From an uncultured delta proteobacterium (GTDB lineage: Bacteria > Desulfobacterota > Binatia > UBA9968): a stretch of DNA of 64,000 nt. The notes under the pieces were generated by a model. The model searched no databases. It saw only the letters and a program-made list of their open reading frames with translations, and was not told the origin of the DNA. Positions 46,389 through 56,602 of the stretch are shown piece by piece; the stretch's first letter is position 1, and each line of letters opens with the position of its first letter. Both the position numbers and the translations under genes were made by a program. The stretch is from contig CAVUVW010000013.1 in the NCBI GenBank assembly GCA_963745035.1, forward strand, positions 384,001 to 448,000, read 5' to 3'.

Positions 46389-46436
46389 ACGCGCGCTGTG
46401 GCCTCACGTATTTACTTCCTCCGAATTTTAATTGCC

Positions 46437-46730
46437 ATAGTGCTCGTTCAACCGGATCGTTTGCGCACCCGCATCATCTTGTGGACTGAGGAAGAGACCC
46501 GACTGGGTCATCTTCCGCCGAAATCGGGAAGTGTTCTCGAAGCCGTGCTCTATCGCGGCGAGCTGCCGCGGGGCGACGTAGCCAAGATCTTCGGCACCGG
46601 TGACCGCCAAGCGCGCCGTATTGTTTCGGCGTTAGTCGAGAAGGGAGTTCTTACGTCTGAAGGCCCGCGCGCGCAGCTACGCCTGGCGTTCCCAGCCGCA
46701 CTGGCGCCGCGCTGGATGCCAGGGCCAATG
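46437..46730 (+). pseudogene. C-terminal remnant of a Fic family protein
   Basis: QPDRLRTRIILWTEEE...YRGELPRG...RQARRIVSAL...LRLAFPA...RWMPG resembles, from recollection, a Fic C-terminal wHTH; no Fic motif and no good start codon. Confidence 0.55.
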
Positions 46731-46776
46731 TTTGGGGTTGAACGATTCGAGCGTTCTCATGTAGCCTGATTCCCTC

Positions 46777-47577
46777 ATGCGTCTAGAAGGAAAGACCGCC
46801 GTTGTCATCGGTGCCGGTCAGGGCCCGGGCGAGGGGATGGGCAACGGGCGCGCCACGGTGCTGCGGTTTACGCAGGAAGGCGCCAAAGTCATGGCTGTCG
46901 ATCGCGAGCTCCGATCCGCCGAGGAAACCGTGTCGATGGTCAAGCAGAGCGGTGGCGAATGCGTCGCCTTCGAGGCCGATGTCACCAGGGAATCGACCCT
47001 TGCCGCCGCCCTGGCGGCGGCGGAGCAGCGCTGGGGCCGCATCGATATTCTGCATTACAACGTCGGCGTCAGCATCGCCGGCGGCGATGCGCCGCTGCTC
47101 GAGTTCACCGAGGAGGCCTTCGACCGCATCAGCGCTATCAATCTGCGCGGCGCGATCATGGCCTGCAAGCACGTCATTCCGATCATGCGACAGCAGCGCG
47201 CGGGCGCCATCACCATGATCTCTTCGCTGGCCGCGCTCGAGAACTATCCGTTTGTCGCCTACAAGGCGACCAAGGCGGCGCTGATCGCGTTTACCAAGCA
47301 GGTCGCCATCCAGAACGCCGAGTTTGGTATTCGCGCCAACGTGATCCTGCCCGGCCTGATCGACACGCCCATGGCGGTCGACACGCGCGCCCGCGTGAGC
47401 GGCAAGAGCCGCGCCCAGGTCGCGGCGGAGCGCGACGCCCGCGTACCGCTGCGCCGCAAGATGGGTACGGCTTGGGACGTGGCCAATGCGGCGCTGTTTC
47501 TCGCCTCCGATGAGGCCAACTTCATCACCGGAGTGGCGCTTCTCGTCGACGGTGGCGGCGCGCTCAACGTCGGTTAA
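46777..47577 (+). CDS. SDR family oxidoreductase
   Basis: GAGQGPGEGMGNG variant, YKATK catalytic motif and NFITG. Confidence 0.9.
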   Translation: MRLEGKTAVVIGAGQGPGEGMGNGRATVLRFTQEGAKVMAVDRELRSAEETVSMVKQSGGECVAFEADVTRESTLAAALAAAEQRWGRIDILHYNVGVSIAGGDAPLLEFTEEAFDRISAINLRGAIMACKHVIPIMRQQRAGAITMISSLAALENYPFVAYKATKAALIAFTKQVAIQNAEFGIRANVILPGLIDTPMAVDTRARVSGKSRAQVAAERDARVPLRRKMGTAWDVANAALFLASDEANFITGVALLVDGGGALNVG

Positions 47578-47655
47578 GTTCCTGAAAACAAGAGTTCAAA
47601 GTTGATGGGTCGGAATTCCGTCCTTGAACCTGGAACATTGAACCTTGAACGAACC
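47577..47655. repeat. 7-bp-period inverted array (GTTCAA / TTGAACC)
   Basis: GAGTTCAAAGTT ... CCTTGAACCTGGAACATTGAACCTTGAACGAACC. Confidence 0.65.
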
Positions 47656-47669
47656 GATTGGAGGCGATT

Positions 47670-48659
47670 ATGAAAGCAATGCCTTGCAAAGTTATTGCTC
47701 TTGGCTTTGTCCTGATTTTCGGTCTTCCTGGCGCGTCTCGGGCGCAAAAACTCGTGGTCGGCTATTCCGGAATCACCGCGATACAAGCCCCCTTCTGGAT
47801 CATGAACGATGCCGGCTACTTCAAGCAGGAGGGTTTGGAAGCGAATCTCGTTTATATCGCCGCCTCATCGACTATGGCGCAGGCGATGATGGCCGGGGAA
47901 GTCGCGATCTCTACGGCTAACAGTCAGGCGATCATAGACACCGGCATTCAGGGGGGCGATCTCGTGGCGGTCGGCGCGATTGTTAATTTCGTCGCTCTGT
48001 ACGTGATAGCAGCGCCGGAGATCAAGAGCGTTCAAGATCTCAGAGGCAAGCCTGTGGGAGTTACGCGCTTTGGCGCGACCACGGACTTTGCGATGCAAAT
48101 GTTTCTCAAAAAATACGGTCTGGAGCCGGTCCGCGACGTGCCGATCATCCAGATCGGCGGATTGCCGGAGTTGGCCGCGGGCTTGTCGAATAAATCCATC
48201 TATGCCGCGGCCATGTCCTATCCCATGGGCTTGGTGGCTCAACAGGCCGGGATGAAGATGCTGGCCAATTTAGCCAAGGAGGGGATTCCCTTTGTGCATC
48301 AAGGCCTGACGACCACGGGCAAATTTCTGCGCGAACGCAGGGCCCAGGCCAAAGCGTTCGTGCGCGCTTACGGCAAGGCCGTTCACTTCATGCACACGCG
48401 CAAAGAGGAATCGAAGGCGATTGTTTCCCGCTACACTAAGGTCACGGATCCGGCCATGCTCGCGGGCACCATGCAATACGCCTACGATTTCGTCGAGAAG
48501 ATCCCACTAGTCAAGCGCGAGGCGTTTCAGGTGACCGCCGATGAGATCGGCAAGAAAAATCCCAAGGCCAAGCAAGCAAAGGTGGAGCAGTTCTATGACA
48601 ACAGCTTGGTGCAGGAGTTGATCAACGAGGGCTTTTTCACCTCGCTATGGGGAAAATAA
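47670..48659 (+). CDS. ABC transporter substrate-binding protein (NMT1/SsuA-like)
   Basis: Signal peptide; DLRGKPVGVTRFGATTD; FYDNSLVQELINEGF. Confidence 0.85.
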   Translation: MKAMPCKVIALGFVLIFGLPGASRAQKLVVGYSGITAIQAPFWIMNDAGYFKQEGLEANLVYIAASSTMAQAMMAGEVAISTANSQAIIDTGIQGGDLVAVGAIVNFVALYVIAAPEIKSVQDLRGKPVGVTRFGATTDFAMQMFLKKYGLEPVRDVPIIQIGGLPELAAGLSNKSIYAAAMSYPMGLVAQQAGMKMLANLAKEGIPFVHQGLTTTGKFLRERRAQAKAFVRAYGKAVHFMHTRKEESKAIVSRYTKVTDPAMLAGTMQYAYDFVEKIPLVKREAFQVTADEIGKKNPKAKQAKVEQFYDNSLVQELINEGFFTSLWGK

Positions 48660-48754
48660 GAGCTAAAAGCGGATTTGATCTCTTTTAGTGACTGGCTAAG
48701 CTCGTTGGACCTCGGAGTTGAATTCAAAAACTATGTTCAGAGCAGGAGGGCGTT

Positions 48755-49819
48755 ATGAAAAAACGGACTCTCGCAGGCGAATATTTTCTCCTGCTCCTCG
48801 TCGCTCTAAACGTTGCCTCGGTTTCCCTAGGCCACGCGCAAAGCGAGTCCTTCTATAAGGGAAAGACCCTCAAAGTCGTGGTCGGAACCACTGCAGGTTC
48901 TCTTTATGATATCTGGGCGCGCACGGTTGCCGCCCATTTGCCGAGGCACATCCCCGGCAATCCGGATGCGCTCACTCAGAACATGCCTGGAGCCGGCCAC
49001 AAGATTGCCACCAATTACATGTACAATGTGGCCAAGCCCGACGGCCTGACGATCATCGGATCGATCTTACCGGGAGTGTACATGGACCAGCTCGCGGGGC
49101 GGCCGGAGGTCAAATATGACTGGGCAAAGTTTGTCTGGATTGGCTCACCGGTCAAGAGTGAATCCCAGATGACCATGCGCGCGGACGCGCCCTACAAATC
49201 GATCGACGACATACGCAAGGCCAAAGAGCCGCCGCGCTGCGGCAGCACCGGCACTTCCGGCACAGACTATATGCTGTCGCGGCTTCTCGAAGATATTATG
49301 CCGCCCCTCAAGATCCACTCCGTGCTGGGATATCCGGGCGGGCCGGAGCTCGATCTCGGCATTGAGCGAAACGAGATACAGTGCCGGACCTTTACGATCG
49401 AAACGTTTTTCGCGCGCGAGCCTTATATTACGTGGAAAAAGAAGGGCTTCGTTCGCAATGTCTATCAAACAGGTTTCAAACGCGATCCGCGCTTGGCCGA
49501 TGTGCCGACGCTGTATGAGGTCATGGACGGTTATAAGATACCCGAGGCTGGTCGGCGCCTGGCGAGCGTGATCCTCGCCAACGGCACTCTGGGCAGGCCG
49601 ATATTCACTTCCCCCGGGACGCCACCGGATCGGGTGAAGATGCTGCGCGAAGCCTTTGGAAAGATGGTCAAGGACCCGGCTTTTCTGGAAGATGTCAAGA
49701 AAAACAACTTCGAGCTCGATCCGATCAGCGGCGAAGAGATGGAAGTCATCGTCAAAGAGGTCATGACACAACCGGCGGAGACCATCGCCCGCTTAAAAAA
49801 AATTCTGTTACAACAATGA
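48755..49819 (+). CDS. Tripartite tricarboxylate transporter substrate-binding protein (TctC/Bug-like)
   Basis: FYKGKT, QNMPGAG, AKPDGLT and PGTPPDRV. Confidence 0.85.
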   Translation: MKKRTLAGEYFLLLLVALNVASVSLGHAQSESFYKGKTLKVVVGTTAGSLYDIWARTVAAHLPRHIPGNPDALTQNMPGAGHKIATNYMYNVAKPDGLTIIGSILPGVYMDQLAGRPEVKYDWAKFVWIGSPVKSESQMTMRADAPYKSIDDIRKAKEPPRCGSTGTSGTDYMLSRLLEDIMPPLKIHSVLGYPGGPELDLGIERNEIQCRTFTIETFFAREPYITWKKKGFVRNVYQTGFKRDPRLADVPTLYEVMDGYKIPEAGRRLASVILANGTLGRPIFTSPGTPPDRVKMLREAFGKMVKDPAFLEDVKKNNFELDPISGEEMEVIVKEVMTQPAETIARLKKILLQQ

Positions 49820-50029
49820 AATGGGATGCGCGGTAAAGAGCAAAGCAACATGGTCCAGCAAAGGTGCTATTACCTGTGATTTATGAAGAGCCGCGACGGG
49901 GTTCTGCTATAATAATAATGGTAGACCCTGGTCTCTTTCTCTGGTCTCTGCCCAATCTCTTTCCTTGGTCAGCCATTGAGGGTCACGTCGTGCGGCGATG
50001 CTAATTCCACCCTCCGCCTACGAATCGAC

Positions 50030-50065
50030 TGGTTCCAGTCGTTCCAAACGTTCCACTCGTTTAAG
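50030..50065. repeat. 9-bp-period array, same family as 11597-11677
   Basis: GGTTCCAGTCGTTCCAAACGTTCCACTCGTTTAAG. Confidence 0.8.
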
Positions 50066-50138
50066 AGTCGGACCCTGAATGAGTAGACACTTTCGCGTGT
50101 AAACGCGTGAGCGGAAAGACCACGATAAATCGCCCGGC

Positions 50139-50750
50139 TCATTTTGCCGCGAAGCAGTAAATCGGCCAGCTCCTCCGCGCGGAGCGGCATCGGCGCAGCT
50201 GCCGTTTTCATGCGACGAGTTCCAGATGGCGTATCTGCCGGTCGGGTCGCCCATAGCCCAAGCCGTCGGAATGACCCACCTGAGCCTGGTGGTCTGAAGC
50301 CTCCGATGTCCAAATCGTTGCACGTCCTTCCAGCCATGACCTTACCATCGGCCGTCGAGCCGGTCAGAATGTCGTGCGCGTTGGGTCTCGGTGAATCCGG
50401 CCACTGGCCGGGAACGCGCTGGCCGCGCTCGTCGAGAAACACATCCGCGTCTCCTTTGCGGGCGTGCAGCTCGCCAAGATCCTTGGCGACCACGACGCCT
50501 TTAGCATTTGAACAGGGACCCGTGCCGATGCGGCTGCGCGTCGGTCGGCTTGTTGCCGTTGTCGGGATCTTTCTCCGCACTCAAGTAGGCGCGCCAGGCC
50601 TTGTTGCCGAGACCGACGGCGCTCGCCAGGTCCTGGCAAATCTTATCCGCTCCGCGCAGCCCGCCCAGGTTGGCCGTCTTGCTCCCGGTGCTGGTGACAA
50701 AAAAGCTCATGGCAGGATTGGCCTGGGCGCCTTCAGCGCCGATCGCTAAA
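50139..50750 (-). pseudogene. Endostatin/C-type-lectin-fold ('lectin')-like secreted protein, several frameshifts and unclear start
   Basis: MSFFVTS...NLGGLRGADKICQDLA...WRAYLS, RIGTGP, HDILTGS, TCND and GGAGRF.CFAA* distributed over three frames. Confidence 0.65.
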
Positions 50751-50962
50751 AATTTAGCACGCCTCGATAGCCGCGGAGTTTTCTAGCCGGTCAAAAGCGA
50801 CTGCACGAAACTTAAAAAGTAACGAGAATGGCTGGAAAACACCTCTTCAGAAACCATCTGAGGCACCATTGATTTTTCAAAGACACTTCGCAAGATAGAA
50901 GCTGCCCCACGGGTCGGAAGTCTTTTCACAACTCCGCGCGGGGTCACGCTGCGGCAGTGGGG

Positions 50963-50999
50963 CGTGAGTATTGACTAACTTCCCGCATTTCGCCGGCCA
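50963..50999. repeat. Imperfect direct repeat, copy A
   Basis: CGTGAGTATTGACTAACTTCCCGCATTTCGCCGGCCA; 32 of 37 positions match 51904-51938. Confidence 0.75.
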
Positions 51000-51025
51000 A
51001 GATTTGATGCCGCTACCGATGCCAA

Positions 51026-51733
51026 TCAGTAACTGGGTGAAATCGACCGCATAGAGAGCGCGGCAGCGCTGGTCTTCGTTTCCGTCAAGAGGCCGCCCAA
51101 CTTTCTAAGCTTGTAGTGTGCCGATCCATACACCAATCCCTCGTCTAAGCGGCAACCTAGGCCAACCGTCAACAGCAGTTGGCTGTGATATTCCATATCC
51201 ATCTTGTGCTCGATCTCGACGTGATAGCCGTCGATGAGGCCCGCCGGCGTGCTGAACTGCGACCGTGAAATTCGTTTTACTGAATGGGTCACACGGCCGG
51301 TGCGTTTGAGCTTGCCGGTCTCGATGCTATACATTTTGTACCCCGTCTGGCGCACACCGGCGCCGGCGGCGGCGATCTCGGCCGGCAGCACGTGCAGCGC
51401 CGGTTCGTAGATGACGTAGCTCTTGCTGTTGAACAGATCGAGCCGATCCATAATCAGGGCGCCCGAGCTGCTGCGCAGGGAGATACGCCCGTAATCGCCG
51501 AAGCTGAGCTTCCATCTTTTTTCATCCGTTGGATCAGCCTGAAACGTCAGCGGCACCAGTCTTCCCTGGTCCTTGCCGTCTATAATCTTGAATTCCTTCT
51601 GCGAGCTGGTGAGCGGTATCAGCTTACTGGCGGTAATGTGCTGCGGTAGGGGTAGCTGGGGTGCGATGCCGGCAAGGGTGGCCGTGGAAATCAAAAGCGC
51701 AACAGCGAAAACGATAAGGCGTGCACAATGCAT
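51026..51733 (-). CDS. Hypothetical secreted protein
   Basis: AAGGAG RBS, signal peptide (LIVFAVALLISTATLA) and intact ORF. Confidence 0.65.
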   Translation of the reverse strand: MHCARLIVFAVALLISTATLAGIAPQLPLPQHITASKLIPLTSSQKEFKIIDGKDQGRLVPLTFQADPTDEKRWKLSFGDYGRISLRSSSGALIMDRLDLFNSKSYVIYEPALHVLPAEIAAAGAGVRQTGYKMYSIETGKLKRTGRVTHSVKRISRSQFSTPAGLIDGYHVEIEHKMDMEYHSQLLLTVGLGCRLDEGLVYGSAHYKLRKLGGLLTETKTSAAALSMRSISPSY

Positions 51734-51903
51734 CGGTTGCCGATGCTCCTTCAAATAAAATTACAAAGGCGCTGGAGCAAGAAACAACCGCTTCCGAGTC
51801 ACCGCTGTATCCTTCAGTGTATCGGGATAAAAGCAGAATGGAAGTAGGGGGTCGAGCGGAATGCCCCATGGCGGAACACGAGGGAAGCGACGTGTAGGTC
51901 AGT

Positions 51904-51938
51904 CGTGAGACTGACTAGCTTCCGCATCTCGCCGGCCA
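51904..51938. repeat. Imperfect direct repeat, copy B
   Basis: CGTGAGACTGACTAGCTTCCGCATCTCGCCGGCCA. Confidence 0.75.
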
Positions 51939-52033
51939 GAATCTCATTGACAGCGCCGGATACGGTGGTCCTTTTTCCTCGGCGGTCTTTGCCCAGTCCA
52001 ACTCGAGCCTCAGCTCGTAGATCATAGATTACT

Positions 52034-53872
52034 TTAGCGGGCGGCATTTCGCCCCTTTCGTGGCTTCTTGCGGGCTCGCAGCTTCGAAAGGAACCGCGCT
52101 GAGCGGCCGAAGCTCTTTTGCAGCGATTCATCGCGGACCAGGCGCGCACCCTCGGGGTGGTATTCCAGCACGAGCTTGCGCGTATGAAATGCTTCGAGCT
52201 CGGCGCGGTGGCCCACGCTGATGACGGTGGCTTCAGGGAGCCGCTCCAGCACGAGTTGCATCAACTGTTGCTGGCTCAAGGGATCGAGAGCGGCGGTCGC
52301 CTCGTCCATCACGATCGTTATTGGACGCTGAATGAGGGCACGGGCGAACGCAAGCCGCTGTTTTTCGCCTCCGGAGAGCACATGCTCCCAGCCCGTGTCT
52401 TCATCGAGGCGGTCGAGAAAATGACCCAAGCCGACTTCTTCAACTGTTTTACGGACCAACGCGTCCTCAACGTCTTCAGGCGACAGAGGATAGGTCACCG
52501 CGCGGCGCAGTGTTCCGAGCGGCACGTAGGGCTGCTGCGGCATTAGAAACAATCCTTCGAACTTGATGCGGATCTCTCCCGTACCCCACGGCCACAAGCC
52601 GGCGATCGCCCGCACCAGCGTGCTCTTGCCCGTGCCGGATTCGCCGACGACCAGCACCTTCTCGCCGGGGGTAATCTCGATATCGGCTTCGTTCACCACC
52701 GCGCTACCATCGTCCAAGGTCACCGAAAGGTCGCGCAGCCGCAGCGCTCCATCCTCGGCTGGATTGCGCACGATTCGGCCGGTCGCTTCTTCGCGGTCCG
52801 CCCGCTCTAAACGGTCGAGCGAAACCAACAAGGAGGCAAGCCGGCACGCCGACGCGGTCCAATCGGCAAGCCGTGGATAATTCTCAACCAGCCAATTGAA
52901 GGCGACCTGCACGATCATGAACGCCGAAGCGGCCTGCATGACTTCGCCTAGGGTCATGGTGCCGGCGACGTACTTCGGGGCGCAGAGGAGGATCGGAATG
53001 ACCGGCGCGAGGCCGTAACTGGCCTGTGAGACAACCGTCGTGCGGATGTACTGCATCATCAGCTCGCGCCAACGCTTGCGGACAGTAGTGAATGCCTCAT
53101 CGAGGCCGACGCGCTCTTCAGCCTCGCCGCCGAGCATCGCGATACTCTCGCCATTTTCGCGCAGGCGTGTGAACACGTAGCGGTAATCGGCTTCCGCCTG
53201 GTTTTTATTCTCGGAGACGACGACGAAGCCGCGGGCGATCATGACCATCGATCCGCTGGCCAGCAGCGCGTAGATGAACGCGGCGATCACCAGGAACCCC
53301 GGCAAGCGGAGCACGGTATTTCCAAGCGGAATCGCGAGCTCGCCGCCGATGAACCAAAGCACGCCGATGAAGACGATCGCCGAGCTGACGGCAGAGAAAA
53401 CGCCGATGGCAAATTCCACCGGCGCCTCGACGCCGAGGCGCAGATCCTCCGCTACGCGATATTCCGGATTGCTGTGATCACCCGGAACCAAGTTGAGCTG
53501 ATAGTAGCGTCCGCTGGTGAGCCACTGATCGAGCACGTGCGCGTTGAGCCAATCGCGCCACCTGCGCTGCAGGGTCATTTTCGCGTAGGTCGCCCCCGCG
53601 GCCACGGCGACGACGGCGAAAATCAGAGGGAAAAAGACTACGGTTTGGTACAGCACGCCGCTGCCATCGCGTTGATCGAGCGCATCGAACATGCCGCGGT
53701 GCCATACGTTCAGCCGGTACTGAATGCCGAGATTCACCAGCGCAATGGTGATGACCGTGAAGGTCAGCAACCAGGCCGTCTGCCCGCCGCCTTTGCGCCA
53801 GAAGCCCAGGGCCGCTTCCCAAAAACGCGCGAGCAGGTATTGCCTGGTTTGTTGTTCCTCGTCTTCAGACAT
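52034..53872 (-). CDS. ABC transporter fused permease/ATPase (SbmA/BacA-like, YddA/ABCD type)
   Basis: NPEYRVAED, RLRENGESIA (EAA-like), GESGTGKS and LSGGEKQR. Confidence 0.9.
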   Translation of the reverse strand: MSEDEEQQTRQYLLARFWEAALGFWRKGGGQTAWLLTFTVITIALVNLGIQYRLNVWHRGMFDALDQRDGSGVLYQTVVFFPLIFAVVAVAAGATYAKMTLQRRWRDWLNAHVLDQWLTSGRYYQLNLVPGDHSNPEYRVAEDLRLGVEAPVEFAIGVFSAVSSAIVFIGVLWFIGGELAIPLGNTVLRLPGFLVIAAFIYALLASGSMVMIARGFVVVSENKNQAEADYRYVFTRLRENGESIAMLGGEAEERVGLDEAFTTVRKRWRELMMQYIRTTVVSQASYGLAPVIPILLCAPKYVAGTMTLGEVMQAASAFMIVQVAFNWLVENYPRLADWTASACRLASLLVSLDRLERADREEATGRIVRNPAEDGALRLRDLSVTLDDGSAVVNEADIEITPGEKVLVVGESGTGKSTLVRAIAGLWPWGTGEIRIKFEGLFLMPQQPYVPLGTLRRAVTYPLSPEDVEDALVRKTVEEVGLGHFLDRLDEDTGWEHVLSGGEKQRLAFARALIQRPITIVMDEATAALDPLSQQQLMQLVLERLPEATVISVGHRAELEAFHTRKLVLEYHPEGARLVRDESLQKSFGRSARFLSKLRARKKPRKGRNAAR

Positions 53873-54435
53873 CGTGAAAACTTTTCTTGCCGGCGTATCC
53901 ACGCGCCACATGCACTGGCGCCGGACTAGCGTTGGTAGCCCTCATTCTACATCCTGTCACCTCCGTAGGGCCCTCACCACACATATCCCCGTCAGGGTTC
54001 ACACAAGGTTGGGGAGCATAAGAGCAACGCCCACATCATGCCGATTTCAGATCTGGGACACACGTTCCGACTTCAACCTATGTGAACGATATTCCAATCT
54101 CGAATTTTGAAGGCAAACAGACCCTTGCGGATTTGATCCTGGCAGCGAAAGGCTATGTACGCTGGCATAAACGTTGCCGCCCCGAGATAGTGGAGATGAA
54201 CGGGGCCCGAAGGCCGGCGAAGGGGCGGTGATTCACCACTCTTCCGGCGAAGCAGAATTCGATGGTTCATCGGGAAGCGTCCCACCTCCAAGCAAGGACG
54301 CCGATCGCGATCTGCCATACCCGCAGAAAAAATCTGCTGATTAGGCTCGCCCCTGTATACGTGTTCGTGTAGCGTGGTTGTATTGGTTTCACGGCCACGT
54401 TTGACGAATACGCCTTACTTTCCGTGGGCTAAGCG

Positions 54436-55740
54436 ATGAAGCATGACACCGCCAAAGTTCTGTCGATCAATGGACGCGAAGTCCGGGTAACCAATCCCGA
54501 CAAGCCGTATTTCACCAGGCAGACCAAGCTCTCGAAACTCGATCTCGTACGCTACTATCTTTCAGTCGCGCCGGGTGCCCTCCTAGGAATACGGGACCGT
54601 CCGCTGGTGCTGAAACGGTTCGTCGACGGTGCCGAAGGCGAAGCGTTCTATCAGAAACGCGCGCCGGAGAAGCGGCCGCCCTGGCTGCGAACGGTTACAT
54701 TGTCATTTCCATCGGGGCGCGAAGCAGAAGAGATCGTCGTCGATGACGTAGCCGGGCTTGCGTGGGTCGTTAACTTGGGCTGCATCGAGCTCCATCCCCA
54801 CCCTGTGCGCTCAACTGATCTCGAGTATCCGGACGAGCTGCGCGTCGATCTCGATCCGGGTCCCGGCGTCGCATGGGAGGATGTGCGTCGTGTGGCTCTC
54901 GAGGTGAAATCGTTTCTCGAGGAGATGGGACTTCGCGGCTGGCCCAAGACGAGCGGCTCACGAGGTATGCACGTGAACGTGCGGATCGAGCCGCGCTGGA
55001 CGTTCGTCGAGGTGCGCCGCGCCGCGCTCGCGTTATCACGCGCAGTCGAGCGACGTCTCCCGGAACTGGCAAGCTCGAAGTGGTGGAAGGAGGAACGCCA
55101 CGGGGTGTTCCTCGACTATAACCAGAACGCAAAAGATCGCACGACATGCTCCGCCTATTCCGTGCGCCCACTGCCGGACGCACGCGTCTCCACGCCGCTT
55201 CACTGGGACGATGTTCCCGACTGCGATCCCGCCGATTTCACCGTGCTCACGATTCCGAAACGTTTCGCGGAAATCGGTGATCCGCACGCGGATATGGACT
55301 CCGCGCCGGGTTCTCTCGAAAGACTGCTTGGACTTGCCGCGGAAGACGAAGCAGCGGGCCTCGGCGACGCGCCCTGGCCACCCCACTTTCGCAAGATGGA
55401 AGGTGAAGCGCCGCGCGTGCAGCCTTCGCGCGCCCGCTCCGCGGCGAAGAAATCCCCGACCAAAAGGCCACGGACGAAAATGCCGCTTCTGGTAGTCGCG
55501 AACTCACCGGACAAAGCGGCGGCGCTCGCCGGTCTGGAAAGGTGGAAGAGTAAACATCCCGACGTAGCCGTGCTTCTCGCAGTGGATGACGTGTTGATCG
55601 ACTCCATGCGCGGCAGGTCATCAACCTGGACACGCGTACGAGTCAACCTCAGACACGTGCCCGAAGAGTTGCGCCCCCAACAAGAGACTCCCGACCCGGA
55701 CAACGATCCCACGCGTGAATGGCGCAACCGGCGCGCATAA
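54436..55740 (+). CDS. LigD-type primase-polymerase (Prim-PolC-like) with C-terminal extension
   Basis: TNPDK, FYQKR, RVDLDPGP, KTSGSRGMH, WWKEER and FLDYNQN. Confidence 0.9.
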   Translation: MKHDTAKVLSINGREVRVTNPDKPYFTRQTKLSKLDLVRYYLSVAPGALLGIRDRPLVLKRFVDGAEGEAFYQKRAPEKRPPWLRTVTLSFPSGREAEEIVVDDVAGLAWVVNLGCIELHPHPVRSTDLEYPDELRVDLDPGPGVAWEDVRRVALEVKSFLEEMGLRGWPKTSGSRGMHVNVRIEPRWTFVEVRRAALALSRAVERRLPELASSKWWKEERHGVFLDYNQNAKDRTTCSAYSVRPLPDARVSTPLHWDDVPDCDPADFTVLTIPKRFAEIGDPHADMDSAPGSLERLLGLAAEDEAAGLGDAPWPPHFRKMEGEAPRVQPSRARSAAKKSPTKRPRTKMPLLVVANSPDKAAALAGLERWKSKHPDVAVLLAVDDVLIDSMRGRSSTWTRVRVNLRHVPEELRPQQETPDPDNDPTREWRNRRA

Positions 55741-55921
55741 GGGGCGGACAATTCATGGACGCTGCAGCTAAACCCTAGTTTTATCGAATAAATGATGCAG
55801 ATCTATTGATTGTCTATCAGTGTGGCCTAACGCTGACTTCTTTTGTGAAACTCAACAATGGGGGTTGCTTTTGCATATCAGCGGGCGCTTCAGTATCGAG
55901 AGAACAAGGCTGCGCTCGAAA

Positions 55922-56602
55922 TCACTTCGGCTTTCCACTCCAAGAGAAGCCGCAGGACGGGCACCGATATTGTGGTTCGATGCCTTTTTCGTAGCTCTTG
56001 AGATTCTTTGGCAGGCTCTCCAGCAGAAATGTTTTGACACTGCGGCGCGTAAGCTCCCATTCGCCGGTTCGCGCTTCTGCCATGACCCGCTCGAATTTGT
56101 CCTTCGGCGCCTTGGCGAGACGGCGGCACCATGACGAGAGATTCTTGTCGATTCCGAGCTCGCGAAGCGTAAAACCATTCCTGTTGTCAGGAACGGTTTT
56201 CGATGGCCTGCCGCCCTTGCTCAGCCGTGTCTTTTGAAGCATTTCGCCAAGCTGCGTTTCGCACCTCAATTTTAGCTCGTTGGCCAAGTTGACGAGCTGC
56301 ATGTCCCTCGATGCTCGAACGAGCTGTCGGATTGCGTCCGCCTTGCCCCGAAAAGCCATCAGCTTAACAAGGCTGTCGGCGGCCAGAATTTCACGCTTAG
56401 CGGCGTCGATACGCGCTAGGATATGGTCACGTTGCGATAATTTCACAACCGAATCATCGCCGGCTTTGCAGACGATGGTCCAGCCGGTACCGCCTTCTCT
56501 TGTTAAGGGGTCTGGCGAAATCGCAGGAGTTGAGAGGTCCGGGGTCGGCTCGAAGTCGGGGCCCGTCGCTCCGACCGCGATGATTTGTTTCTTACGATCC
56601 AT
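55922..56602 (-). CDS. Phage-like hypothetical DNA-binding protein with C-terminal CPxCG knuckle
   Basis: ELKLRCETQLGEML...KGGRP...TLRELGIDKNLSSWCRRLA; ends YRCPSCGFSWS. Confidence 0.6.
   Translation of the reverse strand: MDRKKQIIAVGATGPDFEPTPDLSTPAISPDPLTREGGTGWTIVCKAGDDSVVKLSQRDHILARIDAAKREILAADSLVKLMAFRGKADAIRQLVRASRDMQLVNLANELKLRCETQLGEMLQKTRLSKGGRPSKTVPDNRNGFTLRELGIDKNLSSWCRRLAKAPKDKFERVMAEARTGEWELTRRSVKTFLLESLPKNLKSYEKGIEPQYRCPSCGFSWSGKPK

Noticed and set aside
49926-49968. CTGGTCTCT-like pyrimidine-rich repeats
   Set aside because: Only two or three degenerate units, too weak to assign to a repeat family.
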